A stretch of 32,000 nt of DNA from Candidatus Pelagibacter sp. HTCC7211 (GCF_000155895.1 NZ_DS995298.1:780001-812000); one strand, 5' to 3'; counted from the first letter of the stretch, positions 8,886 to 20,118 are shown. Notes: generated by a model from the sequence alone, not told the origin. A program made the numbers and translations.

Positions 8886-11711
8886 ATGAAAAATTTAAAT
8901 TTTCCAAAATACTTTTTACTATTAACATTTACATTATTTTTAAATGCAAGTATTGCTAACGCTGTCACTGTAACTTTCAGTTATACTGGCTCTGCACAAA
9001 CATGGACAGTACCAAGTGGAGTTACATTAATTACTGTAGATGGTTATGGTGCTATGGGAGGCCATGGAGCAAGTGACCGAAATGGTCGTGGAGGATTAGG
9101 TGGAAGAGTTCAAACTAATATCAGTGTAACACCTGGCACTACACTAAACATATATGTCGGAGGTTCAGGTGGTAACACCACATCAAATCCTGGAGCAAAT
9201 TACAAACCAAGCTATAATCCATATGAAGCTGGAAACGGCCAAGGAGGTTTCAATGGTGGAACTCAGGGAGGTCAAACTTCTGCTGGCGCAGGAGGCGGAG
9301 CTACAGATATAAGATTTGGTGGTACCGCATTATCTAATAGAATTTATGTTGCCGGTGGTGGCGGAGGTGGTGCAAATCAAAGAAGGGAGTCACAACCCGG
9401 CGGAGATGGCGGTCACGGTGGAGGTACTACTGGTGGAGCTGGATCAAAAGGTGGAAGTGGTGGAACCAATCAATCAAGTTCAGATTTAACTAGAGGCCCT
9501 AATGCTACAGGAGGCGGAGCTGGTGGTGGAGGTGGTACTTCATCGGCTGGTGGAGCTGGAGGCTCTGTGTCAGGTTCAGATGGAACACTAGGCATCGGTG
9601 GTCAAGGCGGTAACTCTGGTAGACACGGCGGTGGTGGTGGCGGTGGCTATTACGGCGGCGGCGGTGGAGGTCACAAAAATGGAAGTGACGCTGGCGGTGG
9701 TGGTGGTGGAGGATCATCTTACTGTGATCCAACTTATTGTTCATCTACTACGCACACACAAGGTTACACAACAGCTACTGGTAACGGATCTTTAGAAATT
9801 ACATATGACACCACAGCACCAACTCTTAGTTCATCATCGCCAGCTGATAATGCAACAGCAGTTGCTATAGATGCAAATATTGTTCTAAACTTTAGTGAGA
9901 GTGTTGATGCTGAAACTGGATACATTACAATTAAAAAAACATCAGATGATTCAACTGTAGAAAGTTTTAGTGTTACTGGAAGTAAAGTTAGTGGCTCAGG
10001 TTCAAGTCAAATCACAGTAAATCCATCTTCAAATTTTGATCCTAATATTGAATATTATGTCTTAATTGATGCAACAGCTTTTGATGATATTTCAAGTAAT
10101 TCTTACGCAGGTATCAGTTCAACAACTGCTTTAAGTTTTACAACAGCTAACGTTTTGCCAACTTTAAGCTCATCAACCCCAGCCGATAATGCAACAGACG
10201 TTGCAAGGGATGCAAATATAGTTTTTAACTTTAGTGAAATAGTTGATGTTAAAACTGGAAACATAACTATCAAGAAAACCTCAGATGATAGTACTTTTGA
10301 GACAATTGATGTTACAAGTTCAAATGTAACTGGCACAGGAACTACTCAAATAACTATAAATCCAACCTCTAATTTCGAAGCAGAAACTGAGTATTATGTA
10401 TTAATTGATGCAACAGCGTTTGATGATGTTAGTAGTGGATCATACACTGGGATAAGCTCAACAACAGCATTAAGTTTTACAACTGAAAGTATGGTTGATC
10501 CAACTACTGTTAAAGATGTAGTAGGTTCAATTGATGTACAATCTCATTTAGCAAAAAATTCAATTACTCAATCAACTATTACAGTTTCAAGTAGATTGAG
10601 TTATTTAAGACAAAATAAAGATAATCAAAATTTATCAAAACAAAATATTAAATTAGATTTTGGTAATGCTATTCTAACATCACTCACAAATGAGCTTTTA
10701 GCTAAAAATGATAAATCAATAATACCAGATAACTGGTCTTCATGGTCTGAAGGGTCATTAAGTTCTTCTAAAATAGGAGATAGAACAGGCTCATCTTCAA
10801 GTGAGACAGATGCTCAAGCTCTTGCATTTGGATTTGATACAAAATTAAATGATAGTGATTTATTAGGATTTGCTATTCAGTATGGCAAAAGTGATACGGA
10901 TATTGGATCCAGTGGAAGTTCAACGGATAGTGAAAATATAAATATATCAATTTATCGAACAAGACCTTTAGATGACGATAACTTTATTGAAGGAATGTTT
11001 GGGGTTGGTTTAATAGAAAGTGATTTAAAAAGGATAAGTGGTGCTAATACACTAACTGGATCTAGAAGTGGAACACAAATATTTGGGTCAATTAATTATG
11101 GTAAAACTTTAGATAAAGGAGATTTTAATTTAACGCCTATTGGACGTATTGATTTAGGATACACTGAACTAGATGCGTACAAAGAGACTGGAACAGATGC
11201 TTTGTCTTATGGTAAGCAAACTATTGAAAGTGGATTAGCTTCCGTCGGACTAGAGTTAAGTGATATTGTAAAATTTAATGACAATAAATTAAAGCCATTT
11301 GGATCCATTGAATATGGAATGGATTTTAGTAATTCATCAGAAGCTAAGATGAATTATGTATCAGATACTTCAACTATTTATACATACACTCAAGGCGCAA
11401 ATTCTAATCATTTGATTACCTCTGTGATTGGCTTTGAATATATTACAAAAGATAATCTAGAAATCATTTCAAGCTATAAAAGAATTCAAGGTAATGAGAG
11501 TGAGCAAACTGATATTTTGAATGTATCTGTTAACTTTAAATCTAAACGAGAGACAGAATATGCAATGAGCATTGATGGATCTGAAGATTTAAATGCTGGA
11601 TTTGATATTACAAAAAATGTAAATGGATTTGATATAAACTTTTACGCAAACCGATCTTTAAGTGAAAACTCTGATCAGACAGCTAATGTATCTTTATCAA
11701 GATCGTTTTAA
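8886..11711 (+). CDS. Type Va autotransporter: signal peptide, ALK/LTK-type glycine-rich passenger domain, two Ig-like repeats, C-terminal beta-barrel
   Basis: Signal peptide MKNLNFPKYFLLLTFTLFLNASIANA from ATG 8886 (the ORF track uses GTG 8835). F.YTGS.QTWTVPSGVT....GA.GG and GGGATDIRFGG...RIYVAGGGGGG match the bacterial glycine-rich domain shared with ALK/LTK. There are two 113-aa repeats. The C-terminal approximately 300 aa have alternating beta-strand character and end in a terminal F, as in autotransporter barrels. Confidence 0.75.
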   Translation: MKNLNFPKYFLLLTFTLFLNASIANAVTVTFSYTGSAQTWTVPSGVTLITVDGYGAMGGHGASDRNGRGGLGGRVQTNISVTPGTTLNIYVGGSGGNTTSNPGANYKPSYNPYEAGNGQGGFNGGTQGGQTSAGAGGGATDIRFGGTALSNRIYVAGGGGGGANQRRESQPGGDGGHGGGTTGGAGSKGGSGGTNQSSSDLTRGPNATGGGAGGGGGTSSAGGAGGSVSGSDGTLGIGGQGGNSGRHGGGGGGGYYGGGGGGHKNGSDAGGGGGGGSSYCDPTYCSSTTHTQGYTTATGNGSLEITYDTTAPTLSSSSPADNATAVAIDANIVLNFSESVDAETGYITIKKTSDDSTVESFSVTGSKVSGSGSSQITVNPSSNFDPNIEYYVLIDATAFDDISSNSYAGISSTTALSFTTANVLPTLSSSTPADNATDVARDANIVFNFSEIVDVKTGNITIKKTSDDSTFETIDVTSSNVTGTGTTQITINPTSNFEAETEYYVLIDATAFDDVSSGSYTGISSTTALSFTTESMVDPTTVKDVVGSIDVQSHLAKNSITQSTITVSSRLSYLRQNKDNQNLSKQNIKLDFGNAILTSLTNELLAKNDKSIIPDNWSSWSEGSLSSSKIGDRTGSSSSETDAQALAFGFDTKLNDSDLLGFAIQYGKSDTDIGSSGSSTDSENINISIYRTRPLDDDNFIEGMFGVGLIESDLKRISGANTLTGSRSGTQIFGSINYGKTLDKGDFNLTPIGRIDLGYTELDAYKETGTDALSYGKQTIESGLASVGLELSDIVKFNDNKLKPFGSIEYGMDFSNSSEAKMNYVSDTSTIYTYTQGANSNHLITSVIGFEYITKDNLEIISSYKRIQGNESEQTDILNVSVNFKSKRETEYAMSIDGSEDLNAGFDITKNVNGFDINFYANRSLSENSDQTANVSLSRSF
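9819..10496 (+). repeat. Tandem 339-nt (113-aa) repeat x2 encoding Ig-like (SbsA/Big_5-like) domains
   Basis: Unit 1 (9819-10157) and unit 2 (10158-10496) both read PTLSSS.PADNAT.VA.DANIV.NFSE.VD..TG.ITIKKTSDDST...YYVLIDATAFDD.SS.SY.GISSTTALSFTT. Roughly three quarters of residues are identical. Confidence 0.85.
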
Positions 11712-12050
11712 TTAGTTTTTAGCTTTAAAACTTATTCCTTTAGCCTCAAGTAGTTTTGATAATTCTCCACTCTCGTACATCTCTTTTACAATATCACAAC
11801 CACCAACAAATTCTTTTTGAATATAAAGCTGAGGAATAGTTGGCCAGTCACTAAAAGCTTTAATACCTTCTCTAATATTTTGGTCTTCTAAAACATTTAC
11901 GCTATGAAAATTTACCTCAAGAAGTTTTAACATATTTGTTACTGCCATTGAAAATCCACACTGAGGAGCGTCAGGCGTTCCTTTCATGAACAGACATATT
12001 TCATTTGTATCGATATGATTTTGAATTGTGTTTTTTGTATTTTCGTCCAT
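11712..12050 (-). CDS. grxD: Monothiol glutaredoxin (Grx4/GrxD type)
   Basis: CGFS active site (PQCGFS), WPTIPQLYI and GGCDI motifs. Length 112 aa. Confidence 0.9.
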   Translation of the reverse strand: MDENTKNTIQNHIDTNEICLFMKGTPDAPQCGFSMAVTNMLKLLEVNFHSVNVLEDQNIREGIKAFSDWPTIPQLYIQKEFVGGCDIVKEMYESGELSKLLEAKGISFKAKN

Positions 12051-12280
12051 TACTGCTCCTTTGTTTTAATTGCTAGGGCATGAAGTTCGTTACCCATTTT
12101 ACCCTTAAGTGAGTTATATACCATTTTGTGTTGTTCAATTTTACTTTTACCTGAAAATTGAGATGAAGTCACAGTTGCTGAGTAATGATTACCATCTCCA
12201 GCTAAATCTTGAATTTCAACTGTGGCGTCAGATAGTGCCTCTTTAATTAAGCTCTCAATTTCTTTTAAATCCATTGCCAT
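12050..12280 (-). CDS. BolA-family protein
   Basis: 76 aa. The D..GDGNHY....VS..F.G......H..VY..L pattern is typical of BolA/IbaG-like proteins, and it sits next to its usual partner, monothiol Grx. Confidence 0.75.
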   Translation of the reverse strand: MAMDLKEIESLIKEALSDATVEIQDLAGDGNHYSATVTSSQFSGKSKIEQHKMVYNSLKGKMGNELHALAIKTKEQ

Positions 12281-14472
12281 TATTTACTCATATATTTAGT
12301 TAACCAACTTGTATTAGAAGTTTTTAATTCGTCAATTGTAACTTTTGTCTTTTCATTAATAAATAGCTCGTTTTCATTTACCGTTCCTAATTCATCGAAA
12401 TGGACAGCATTTTTATTAAGTATATCAGTTACTTTTTTTAGATCTTTTTTGGTAATCTCAATTATATACCGACCTTGATCTTCAGCAAAAAAGTATTCAA
12501 TTTCATTAATTAAATATTTTGGTTTTTTAAGATCAATACCCTTATTTCCTTTAATACACATCTTGCTAACTGCAGTGATTATTCCACCAACTGATACATC
12601 ATGAGCACTTTGAACTAAGTCGCTATTTATTAATTTTAATAAAGTTTCTCCATTATTTTTTTCATTAAATAGATTTATCTCGGGTGGGGGTCCATTTTTT
12701 TCATCTAGTATATTTCTTGCAAATAAGCTTTGATCAATATGACCTTCAGTTTTGCCAATAACTAACACTATATTATCAACCTCTTTAAGGTCCATTGTGA
12801 TCATTTTTTTATAATCTTTAATCAAACCAACACCACCAATCGATGGAGTAGGCTTGATACCTTCATCTTTTGTTTGATTATAAAAAGATACATTTCCTGA
12901 AACGACTGGGAATTTTAAGTATTCAGCTGCTTCACCTATACCTTGAACACACTCAACAAACTCACCCATGTTTTCTTCATTTTCAGGGCTACCAAAGTTT
13001 AAACAGTTTGTAATGGCTATTGGTTTAGCACCAACAGAAATCAAGTTTCTAAAACTTTCACAAACAACTTGTTTTCCACCTGTCAAAGGATGTGCCCAAC
13101 AATATACAGCAGAGCTATCAACTGATGCTGCAACAGCTTTATCTGTTCCATGAACTCTAACAACTCCCGAGTCCCCACCTGGTTTTTGAATAGTATCTCC
13201 CATAACTGTATGATCATACTGTTGCCAAATCCATTCTTTGCTACAAACATTTGGATTTGCTAAAACTTTTTTTAAGACATCAATTATCTTTAAATTTTTA
13301 AGATCTTCTTTTTTAATTTTATTTTTTTTAGGTAGTTTTGCTTTTTTCCATTTACGGTCATACATAGGTGAATTTTCAACTAAAGTATTAACTGGAATAT
13401 CAGCCACTTGATCATCGTCAAAATAAAGTTCAATTTTTTTTGATTTAGTAGTTTTACCAATTACAGCAAAATCTAAGTTCCATTTATCAAATATTTTTTT
13501 GGCTTGTTCTTCTTTGCCACTTTCTAAAACAATCAACATTCTCTCTTGACTTTCTGAAAGCATAATTTCGTATGGTGTCATCTTTGCTTCTCTACAAGGA
13601 ACTTTATTAAGATTAATTTCAATTCCAAGATTTCCTTTAGATGCCATTTCAATACTAGATGAAGTAAGTCCAGCTGCACCCATGTCTTGAATGGCAATTA
13701 TAGAGTCACCTGCCATTAACTCCAAGCAAGCTTCGAGTAATAGTTTTTCAGTAAAAGGATCTCCAACTTGAACTGTTGGTTTTTTTTCCTCAATTTTTTC
13801 ATCAAAACTAGCTGAAGCCATACTAGCACCATGAATTCCATCACGACCCGTTTTAGATCCAACATAAATTACAGGTTTGTTTAATCCTGCAGCTTTTGAA
13901 TAGAAAATCTTATCTTTTTTAACCAACCCTAAAGTCATCGCATTAACTAAGATATTACCGTTATATGAGCTATCAAAATTTGTCTGACCTGCAATTGTTG
14001 GAACACCCATACAATTACCATATCCACCAATACCGTGAACCACACCTCTTAATAAGTTTTTAGTTTTTTTATGTTGAGGAGATCCAAAATGAATAGAGTT
14101 TAAATTAGCAATAGGTCTTGCTCCCATTGTAAATACATCTCTCATTATTCCACCAACACCGGTTGCAGCTCCTTGATAAGGTTCAATAAATGATGGGTGG
14201 TTGTGGCTTTCGATTTTAAAAACGATTGCATCATCGTCACCAATATCAATTACTCCTGCATTTTCTCCGGGTCCTTGAATGACTTGTTTTCCTTTAGTAG
14301 GAAGTTTTTTTAAGTGAAGTCTTGATGATTTATAAGAGCAATGTTCATTCCACATAGCTGAGAAAATGCCAAGTTCTGTAATATTTGGAGTTCGTTTCAG
14401 TAACTCACAAATTTTAGCATATTCATCTTTTTTAAGACCATGATCGATCGCTACTTGTTCGTTTACTGTCAT
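12280..14472 (-). CDS. purL: Phosphoribosylformylglycinamidine synthase subunit PurL (FGAM synthase II)
   Basis: 730 aa. [25 protein letters not shown] and the duplicated AIR-synthase-like domains match, as does the context with purQ and purS. Confidence 0.95.
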   Translation of the reverse strand: MTVNEQVAIDHGLKKDEYAKICELLKRTPNITELGIFSAMWNEHCSYKSSRLHLKKLPTKGKQVIQGPGENAGVIDIGDDDAIVFKIESHNHPSFIEPYQGAATGVGGIMRDVFTMGARPIANLNSIHFGSPQHKKTKNLLRGVVHGIGGYGNCMGVPTIAGQTNFDSSYNGNILVNAMTLGLVKKDKIFYSKAAGLNKPVIYVGSKTGRDGIHGASMASASFDEKIEEKKPTVQVGDPFTEKLLLEACLELMAGDSIIAIQDMGAAGLTSSSIEMASKGNLGIEINLNKVPCREAKMTPYEIMLSESQERMLIVLESGKEEQAKKIFDKWNLDFAVIGKTTKSKKIELYFDDDQVADIPVNTLVENSPMYDRKWKKAKLPKKNKIKKEDLKNLKIIDVLKKVLANPNVCSKEWIWQQYDHTVMGDTIQKPGGDSGVVRVHGTDKAVAASVDSSAVYCWAHPLTGGKQVVCESFRNLISVGAKPIAITNCLNFGSPENEENMGEFVECVQGIGEAAEYLKFPVVSGNVSFYNQTKDEGIKPTPSIGGVGLIKDYKKMITMDLKEVDNIVLVIGKTEGHIDQSLFARNILDEKNGPPPEINLFNEKNNGETLLKLINSDLVQSAHDVSVGGIITAVSKMCIKGNKGIDLKKPKYLINEIEYFFAEDQGRYIIEITKKDLKKVTDILNKNAVHFDELGTVNENELFINEKTKVTIDELKTSNTSWLTKYMSK

Positions 14473-15152
14473 TTAAGGTTATTAATCAAATTATTAAAAA
14501 AAAGTGAACCGTCTTCACCTGATAGTGAAGGGTCAATCATCCTCTCGGGATGAGGCATCATTCCTAAAACATTTTTTTCTTTATTAAAAATACCTGCAAT
14601 ATTTTTTATTGACCCATTAGGATTAAATTGTTCTTCTGTTTTTCCATCTTTATCACAGTAATTAATTGCAACTTGTTCATTATCTTCAATTTCTGTTAAC
14701 TGATCTTTCGTACAGAAATAATTTCCCTCATTATGAGCAATATGAAATTCTAAAACATCATTATCAATGTTTTGAAAATAGGTATTTTTCTTATTTTTAA
14801 TTTTTACAAATACATTTTTACAAATAAATTCTAAATATTTGTTTCTTAATAAAACTCCAGGTACCAATCCAGTTTCAACTAAAATTTGAAATCCATTACA
14901 AATTCCCATCACCATTCCACCTGAGTTTGCAAAGTTCATAACTGACTTCATTATTTTTGACTTTGATGCCATGCTTCCGCATCTTAAATAATCACCGTAA
15001 GAAAATCCCCCAGGCAATACGACCAAATCACTTTTGGGAAGTTCAGCATCATCATGCCAAACCATTTTATTTTTAAAACCAAATTTTTTTAGAGCAACAT
15101 CCATATCTCTATCACAATTAGAACCAGGAAATGTAATAACGGATGATTTCAT
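14469..15152 (-). CDS. purQ: FGAM synthase glutaminase subunit PurQ
   Basis: Class I amidotransferase with GICNGFQ (nucleophile Cys) and MMPHPER. It overlaps the purL start by 4 nt. Confidence 0.95.
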   Translation of the reverse strand: MKSSVITFPGSNCDRDMDVALKKFGFKNKMVWHDDAELPKSDLVVLPGGFSYGDYLRCGSMASKSKIMKSVMNFANSGGMVMGICNGFQILVETGLVPGVLLRNKYLEFICKNVFVKIKNKKNTYFQNIDNDVLEFHIAHNEGNYFCTKDQLTEIEDNEQVAINYCDKDGKTEEQFNPNGSIKNIAGIFNKEKNVLGMMPHPERMIDPSLSGEDGSLFFNNLINNLK

Positions 15153-15156
15153 TTAG

Positions 15157-15399
15157 TTATTGTGCATCAATAATTTTATAATTTTCAATAACTAAATTGG
15201 CTAAAAGTTTTTTACACATTTCTTCAACTTTTTCTTTAGCTTTGTTTGGATCACTTTCTTTAGTATCAATTTCAAAATATTTTCCTTGTCTTACTTCATT
15301 GACATCATTGAAACCCATTCCGTCTAAAGTTTGATGAATAACTTTACCTTGAGGATCAAGTACATCTTTTTTAAGAGTTATAATTACTGAAATTTTCAT
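15157..15399 (-). CDS. purS: FGAM synthase subunit PurS
   Basis: 80 aa. The ...VLDPQG..I...L..MGF..V..VR.GK.... pattern matches, and it lies between purC and purQ. Confidence 0.9.
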   Translation of the reverse strand: MKISVIITLKKDVLDPQGKVIHQTLDGMGFNDVNEVRQGKYFEIDTKESDPNKAKEKVEEMCKKLLANLVIENYKIIDAQ

Positions 15400-16181
15400 T
15401 TTCGTTTTCTTTTTACAGATGATAGTTTTGTAACATTTACTGCTGATACATTTGATTGCTCATGAAGTATTCCAAGCCTTTTTGCAACCTCTGTATATGC
15501 TGGGATAAGATCACCTAAATTTTTTCTAAATCTATCTTTATCTAATTTTTTATCTGTTATGCTATCCCAAAGTCTACAAGTGTCAGGGCTTATTTCATCT
15601 GCTAGTATAACTTCATCTTTACCATTAACTTTTAGCCTTCCAAATTCTAGTTTAAAATCAATAAGTTTTATTCCAACACCTCTAAACATTCCAATCATAA
15701 AATCATTAATTCTCAAGATCATTTTTTTTACTTTTTCGATCTCTTTTTTAGTAGCCCATTCAAAAGCTAAAATATGTTCTTCAGCGATTAACGGATCACC
15801 TAGCTTGTCATCCTTTAAGCAATACTCAATTAATGGTTCTTTTAGAACAGTACCATCTTCTATTCCCAGCCTTTTAGTTATAGAACCAGATGCTACATTT
15901 CTTACAATGAATTCAATAGGGATGATTTCAACTAACTTAATAACTTGTTCACGCATATTAAGTCTTTTTACCAAATGATTTTTAATTCCTATTTGTGATA
16001 AATTTGAGAGAATATGTTCTGATATTCTATTGTTTAAAACACCTTTTCCTTCAATTACAGATTTTTTTTGATTATTAAAAGCTGTTGCATCGTCTTTAAA
16101 ATATTGAATTACTAAACCTTTATCATTTGTAGCATAAATGATCTTAGCTTTACCTTCGTATAATTTTTTACCTTTTTTCAT
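15396..16181 (-). CDS. purC: SAICAR synthetase
   Basis: LYEGKAK.IY, the IP.E.IVRN.A.GS block and [12 protein letters not shown] motifs. Confidence 0.9.
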   Translation of the reverse strand: MKKGKKLYEGKAKIIYATNDKGLVIQYFKDDATAFNNQKKSVIEGKGVLNNRISEHILSNLSQIGIKNHLVKRLNMREQVIKLVEIIPIEFIVRNVASGSITKRLGIEDGTVLKEPLIEYCLKDDKLGDPLIAEEHILAFEWATKKEIEKVKKMILRINDFMIGMFRGVGIKLIDFKLEFGRLKVNGKDEVILADEISPDTCRLWDSITDKKLDKDRFRKNLGDLIPAYTEVAKRLGILHEQSNVSAVNVTKLSSVKRKRK

Positions 16182-17473
16182 TATTTAAAAATTCTTCTAA
16201 AGATCAAATTTACATTTTTAAAGTGCTTAGCGTAACTAAATATAGATTTTAATTTTTTTGGTGTAATTTTACTCATAATTAATTTGTCAGATGAAATAAC
16301 ATCAAATAAATCTAAATTTTCAGCAAAACATTTTTTAGAATAACTTTGAACCATTTTATAGGATTGCTCTCTACTTAAACCTGATTTTGTTAATTCAAGC
16401 ATAACTTCTTGTGAAAAGATTAAACCTTTGGTGATATTCAAATTTTCTATCATTTTCTTTGGATACACAATCATGTTGTCTAAAATATTTGTTAATCTTA
16501 CTAAAGCAAAGTCAGTTGTAATATTTGCATCAGGTCCAATATTTCTTTCAACACTTGAATGAGAAATATCTCTTTCATGCCATAAAGCAATATTTTCTAA
16601 AGCAGGTATTACAGCACTTCTGACCATTCGTGCAAGCCCCGTTAAGTTTTCGCTTAAAATAGGATTTTTTTTATGAGGCATTGCTGAAGAGCCCTTTTGA
16701 TTTTTTGAGAAATATTCTTGCAACTCATACACTTCTGTTCTTTGTAAATGTCTTATTTCAATTGCAACTCTTTCTATTGATCCAGCAATAATTCCTAAAA
16801 TTGAAAAATAAAAAGCATGTCTATCTCTAGGGATCACTTGTGTTGATATGGGTTCTACTTTTAAACCTAATTTTTTTGCAACATGTTTTTCAACATTTGG
16901 ATTGATATTTGCAAAAGTCCCAACTGCACCTGAAATTGCACAAGTTGAAACTTCATCTATGGCATCAACTAATCTTTTACGGTTTCTTTTAAATTCTTCA
17001 TAAAATGATGCTAATTTTAATCCAAAGGTTAAAGGTTCTGCATGAATGCCATGACTTCTTCCCATGCATGGAGTAAATTTATGTTTTTTAGCTTGTTTCT
17101 TTAAAACTTTTAAAATTTGATCAATATCTTTAAGAATAATTTTTCCTGATTGAACCATTTGGATATTAAAGCTTGTGTCCAATACATCAGATGAAGTCAT
17201 TCCTTGATGTAAATATCTAGCTTTAATACCTGCTTTCGCTGTAACTGATGTTAAAAAAGCAATAACATCATGTTTGACTTTAGACTCTATTTTATGAATT
17301 CTATTAACATTGATTTTTGTTTTTTTTCTAACAACTGAGGCAACACCTTTTGGTATTTGACCTAGTTTTTCCATTGCTTCAGCTGCAGCAATTTCAACAT
17401 CAAGCCAAATTTGATATTTATTTTCTTCTGACCAAATGTCAGTTAATTCTTTACGCGAGTATCTTTTAATCAT
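16181..17473 (-). CDS. purB: Adenylosuccinate lyase
   Basis: 430 aa. Carries the fumarate-lyase signature [11 protein letters not shown] and a typical PurB N-terminus (RYSR.E....WSEE.K...WL.VE). Confidence 0.95.
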   Translation of the reverse strand: MIKRYSRKELTDIWSEENKYQIWLDVEIAAAEAMEKLGQIPKGVASVVRKKTKINVNRIHKIESKVKHDVIAFLTSVTAKAGIKARYLHQGMTSSDVLDTSFNIQMVQSGKIILKDIDQILKVLKKQAKKHKFTPCMGRSHGIHAEPLTFGLKLASFYEEFKRNRKRLVDAIDEVSTCAISGAVGTFANINPNVEKHVAKKLGLKVEPISTQVIPRDRHAFYFSILGIIAGSIERVAIEIRHLQRTEVYELQEYFSKNQKGSSAMPHKKNPILSENLTGLARMVRSAVIPALENIALWHERDISHSSVERNIGPDANITTDFALVRLTNILDNMIVYPKKMIENLNITKGLIFSQEVMLELTKSGLSREQSYKMVQSYSKKCFAENLDLFDVISSDKLIMSKITPKKLKSIFSYAKHFKNVNLIFRRIFK

Positions 17474-17476
17474 TAA

Positions 17477-18250
17477 TTATAAGTACGGGGGCTTAGAAAA
17501 ACCTTTAGCAGATTCTGTAAAGATTTCATAACCATTTTCAGTAATTCCTAACGTATGTTCAAATTGTGCAGATAAAGATTTATCTTTTGTAACAGCTGTC
17601 CAACCATCATTCAACATTTTTACATCATATTTACCGGCATTAATCATTGGCTCGATCGTAAATGTCATACCCGGTTTTAAATCCATACCTGAATTTTTAC
17701 TTCCATAGTGTAAAATATTTGGTGGTTCATGAAAGGTTGTGCTTATTCCATGACCACAAAAATCTCTTACAACAGAAAAATCTTTTTCTTCGACAAAAGA
17801 TTGAATTTCATATCCTATATCACCTAATCTAATTCCAGGTTTTAATATTTTTATAGCTCTCATCATAGACTCATATGTTGTATCAATAAGATTTTTCAAT
17901 TTGACTGAAGTCTTGCCTACAGAAAACATTCTACTAGTATCACCATAATGCTTATCAACTATTGCAGTCACATCCACATTAATTGCGTCTCCATCTCTTA
18001 AAATTCTATCAGATGGAATACCATGACAAACTACGTGATTTAAAGATGTACATAGAGATTTTGTAAAGCCTCTGTAATATAGTGGTGCTGAATGTCCGCC
18101 ATTATCCCTAATAAATTCATATCCAAGTTTATCTATAAAGTCTGTTGAAACACCTTCTTTAATATTTTCAGTTAACATATCTAACGTGTTTGCAGCTAGT
18201 CTTCCTGCAATTCTCATCTTTTCAAATTTTTCTTTATAATCAGTCATCAA
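17477..18250 (-). CDS. map: Methionine aminopeptidase, type I
   Basis: VCHGIP, DIGY, FCGHGIG-like (FCGHGIS), TIEPMIN and the metal-ligand pattern. Length 257 aa. Confidence 0.9.
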   Translation of the reverse strand: MMTDYKEKFEKMRIAGRLAANTLDMLTENIKEGVSTDFIDKLGYEFIRDNGGHSAPLYYRGFTKSLCTSLNHVVCHGIPSDRILRDGDAINVDVTAIVDKHYGDTSRMFSVGKTSVKLKNLIDTTYESMMRAIKILKPGIRLGDIGYEIQSFVEEKDFSVVRDFCGHGISTTFHEPPNILHYGSKNSGMDLKPGMTFTIEPMINAGKYDVKMLNDGWTAVTKDKSLSAQFEHTLGITENGYEIFTESAKGFSKPPYL

Positions 18251-18938
18251 TAATTTTTAGTTTTTTATCAATAAAAATTTTTTTAGAACTTATATCACAC
18301 CTATAAGCTAAAAAGTTTACACCAGCTTTTTTTGCAATTAAAAAATTTTTATAATACTCAGTATCAATATCCTTTGCTATTTTAAAATATTCCATATTTT
18401 GAATTTGTACTAAAAATAATAGATATGTTTTATAACCTTTTTTTATGGCATCAATAAGGGTAAGTAAGTGTTTAGAACCACGTGAAGTGATAGCATCTGG
18501 AAATTCAGCTGTATTTTTATCTCTAAATAAGGTCACATTTTTAACTTCAACAAACATTTTTTGTTTTTTTTTCTCGAGTAGAAAATCAAATCTAGTTTCT
18601 TTATTAAAAAAAACTTCAGGCTTTACCAAATTATTGTCTTTAAGTTCTTTGATAAGATTATTTTCTAAAGCATGTTGAGCTATTTTGTTGGCCATATGAG
18701 TGTTAACACCAACTAAATTTTTTCGCGTTTTTATGATTTCAAGTCCATATTTTAATTTTCTTTTTGGATCATTATTTGGAAGTAAGTAGACATCATTTCC
18801 TTCTTCCAATAAGCCTTTCATTGAGCCCGTATTAGGACAATGTGCTGTGACAATTTCTTTACCCAATTTTATATCGGTAAAGAAGCGTTTATATCTTTTG
18901 ATTAGTTTGCCTTTTACTAAAGACTTGGTAAATTCCAT
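18240..18938 (-). CDS. sfsA: Sugar fermentation stimulation protein SfsA family
   Basis: MEF......G.LI.RYKRFF.D...........HCPNTGSM aligns with the E. coli SfsA N-terminus, so ATG 18938 is preferred over the ORF-track start at 18953. The 3' end overlaps map by 11 nt. Confidence 0.85.
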   Translation of the reverse strand: MEFTKSLVKGKLIKRYKRFFTDIKLGKEIVTAHCPNTGSMKGLLEEGNDVYLLPNNDPKRKLKYGLEIIKTRKNLVGVNTHMANKIAQHALENNLIKELKDNNLVKPEVFFNKETRFDFLLEKKKQKMFVEVKNVTLFRDKNTAEFPDAITSRGSKHLLTLIDAIKKGYKTYLLFLVQIQNMEYFKIAKDIDTEYYKNFLIAKKAGVNFLAYRCDISSKKIFIDKKLKIIDD

Positions 18939-18958
18939 TTCTAAATTATACAATTAAA

Positions 18959-19708
18959 ATGACTAAAAACACAAAAGTTAATGCTGCAATCTTAATTATT
19001 GGTAATGAAATTTTATCTGGGAGAACTCAAGATACTAATACTTCAACCTTAGCAACTTGGTTAAATTCAATTGGGGTAAAAGTTCAGGAAGTTAGAGTAA
19101 TACCAGATATTGAAAAAACAATTGTAGATACTTTAAATGTTTTAAGAAAAGAAAATGATTATGTTTTTACAACTGGAGGTATAGGACCAACTCATGATGA
19201 CATAACAGCAGAATCTGTTTCAAAAGCATTTGGTTTAAAATATAAAATCCATAAAGAAGGTTACAAAATTTTAGAGGCTTACTATAAACCAGGTGAATTT
19301 AACGAAGGTAGACAAAAGATGATATGGATGCCTGAGAACGCTGAATTAATCTTAAACCCAACAAGTGGTGCACCTGGATTTAGTGTTGAAAATGTATTTT
19401 GCCTTCCTGGTGTTCCATCAATTATGAAATCGATGTTAGGCGGATTAATAAATAAGATAGTTGGTGGGGAACCTATTTTAAGCCATACAATTAGTTTAAA
19501 AACTGTTGAAAGCGAAATAGCAAACTCTTTAACAGAAGTTCAAGATAATAATAAAGATGTTGAAATTGGAAGCTACCCTTTTTTTCATGCTGGAAAATTA
19601 GGAGTGTCAATCGTTTTACGTTCAGAAAATCAATCCAGAATTGATGAATGCAATTTACAGATTTTAAATTTTGTTAATGAAAAAAATATTGAAGTAGTGG
19701 ACCGTTAA
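18959..19708 (+). CDS. CinA-like MoCF-biosynthesis (molybdopterin-binding) domain protein
   Basis: AAILIIGNEILSGRTQDTN and TTGGIGPTHDDIT are hallmark motifs of the CinA N-terminal/MoaB-MogA fold. At 249 aa it lacks the CinA deamidase domain. Confidence 0.75.
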   Translation: MTKNTKVNAAILIIGNEILSGRTQDTNTSTLATWLNSIGVKVQEVRVIPDIEKTIVDTLNVLRKENDYVFTTGGIGPTHDDITAESVSKAFGLKYKIHKEGYKILEAYYKPGEFNEGRQKMIWMPENAELILNPTSGAPGFSVENVFCLPGVPSIMKSMLGGLINKIVGGEPILSHTISLKTVESEIANSLTEVQDNNKDVEIGSYPFFHAGKLGVSIVLRSENQSRIDECNLQILNFVNEKNIEVVDR

Positions 19709-20113
19709 ATGCTTTATTTTGCTTATGGAAGTAATTTACATCATTTTCAAATGAAACGTAGATGCAAAGATAGTATTTTTTTAAAAAAAATAAATCTTAA
19801 AGATTTTAGATTAACATTTAGAAGTAAATATAGAGCTGCCGATATTGAGCCAAAGAAGAATTCTATTGTACCAGGTGGTTTGTTTGAAATTTCAAAAAGC
19901 GATGAAAAAAAACTAGATCTTTATGAAGATTTTCCAACTTTATATAAGAAATATTATTTTAGTTATTATGGAAAAAAAGTAATGACCTATACAATGGTTA
20001 AAAAATCTCCTTTTAAATTTCCAACAGAACGGTATTTAAATGTTGTAAAACGTGGATATAGAGATTGTGGTCTTGATAAAAAATTTCTCAACCAGGGATT
20101 AAAAGCTATTTAA
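19709..20113 (+). CDS. Gamma-glutamylcyclotransferase-like (AIG2/GGCT fold) protein
   Basis: N-terminal YFAYGSNL and a central LD.YEDFP..Y (candidate catalytic Glu). Length 134 aa. Confidence 0.65.
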   Translation: MLYFAYGSNLHHFQMKRRCKDSIFLKKINLKDFRLTFRSKYRAADIEPKKNSIVPGGLFEISKSDEKKLDLYEDFPTLYKKYYFSYYGKKVMTYTMVKKSPFKFPTERYLNVVKRGYRDCGLDKKFLNQGLKAI

Positions 20114-20118
20114 GATAA

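Noticed and set aside
9505-9795. ORFs 9505-9744 (minus strand) and 9598-9795 (plus strand), encoding His/Arg-rich and Val/Ala-rich peptides
   Set aside because: These are alternative-frame shadows of the GGN-repeat region of the autotransporter gene. They have low-complexity translations and no independent start context.
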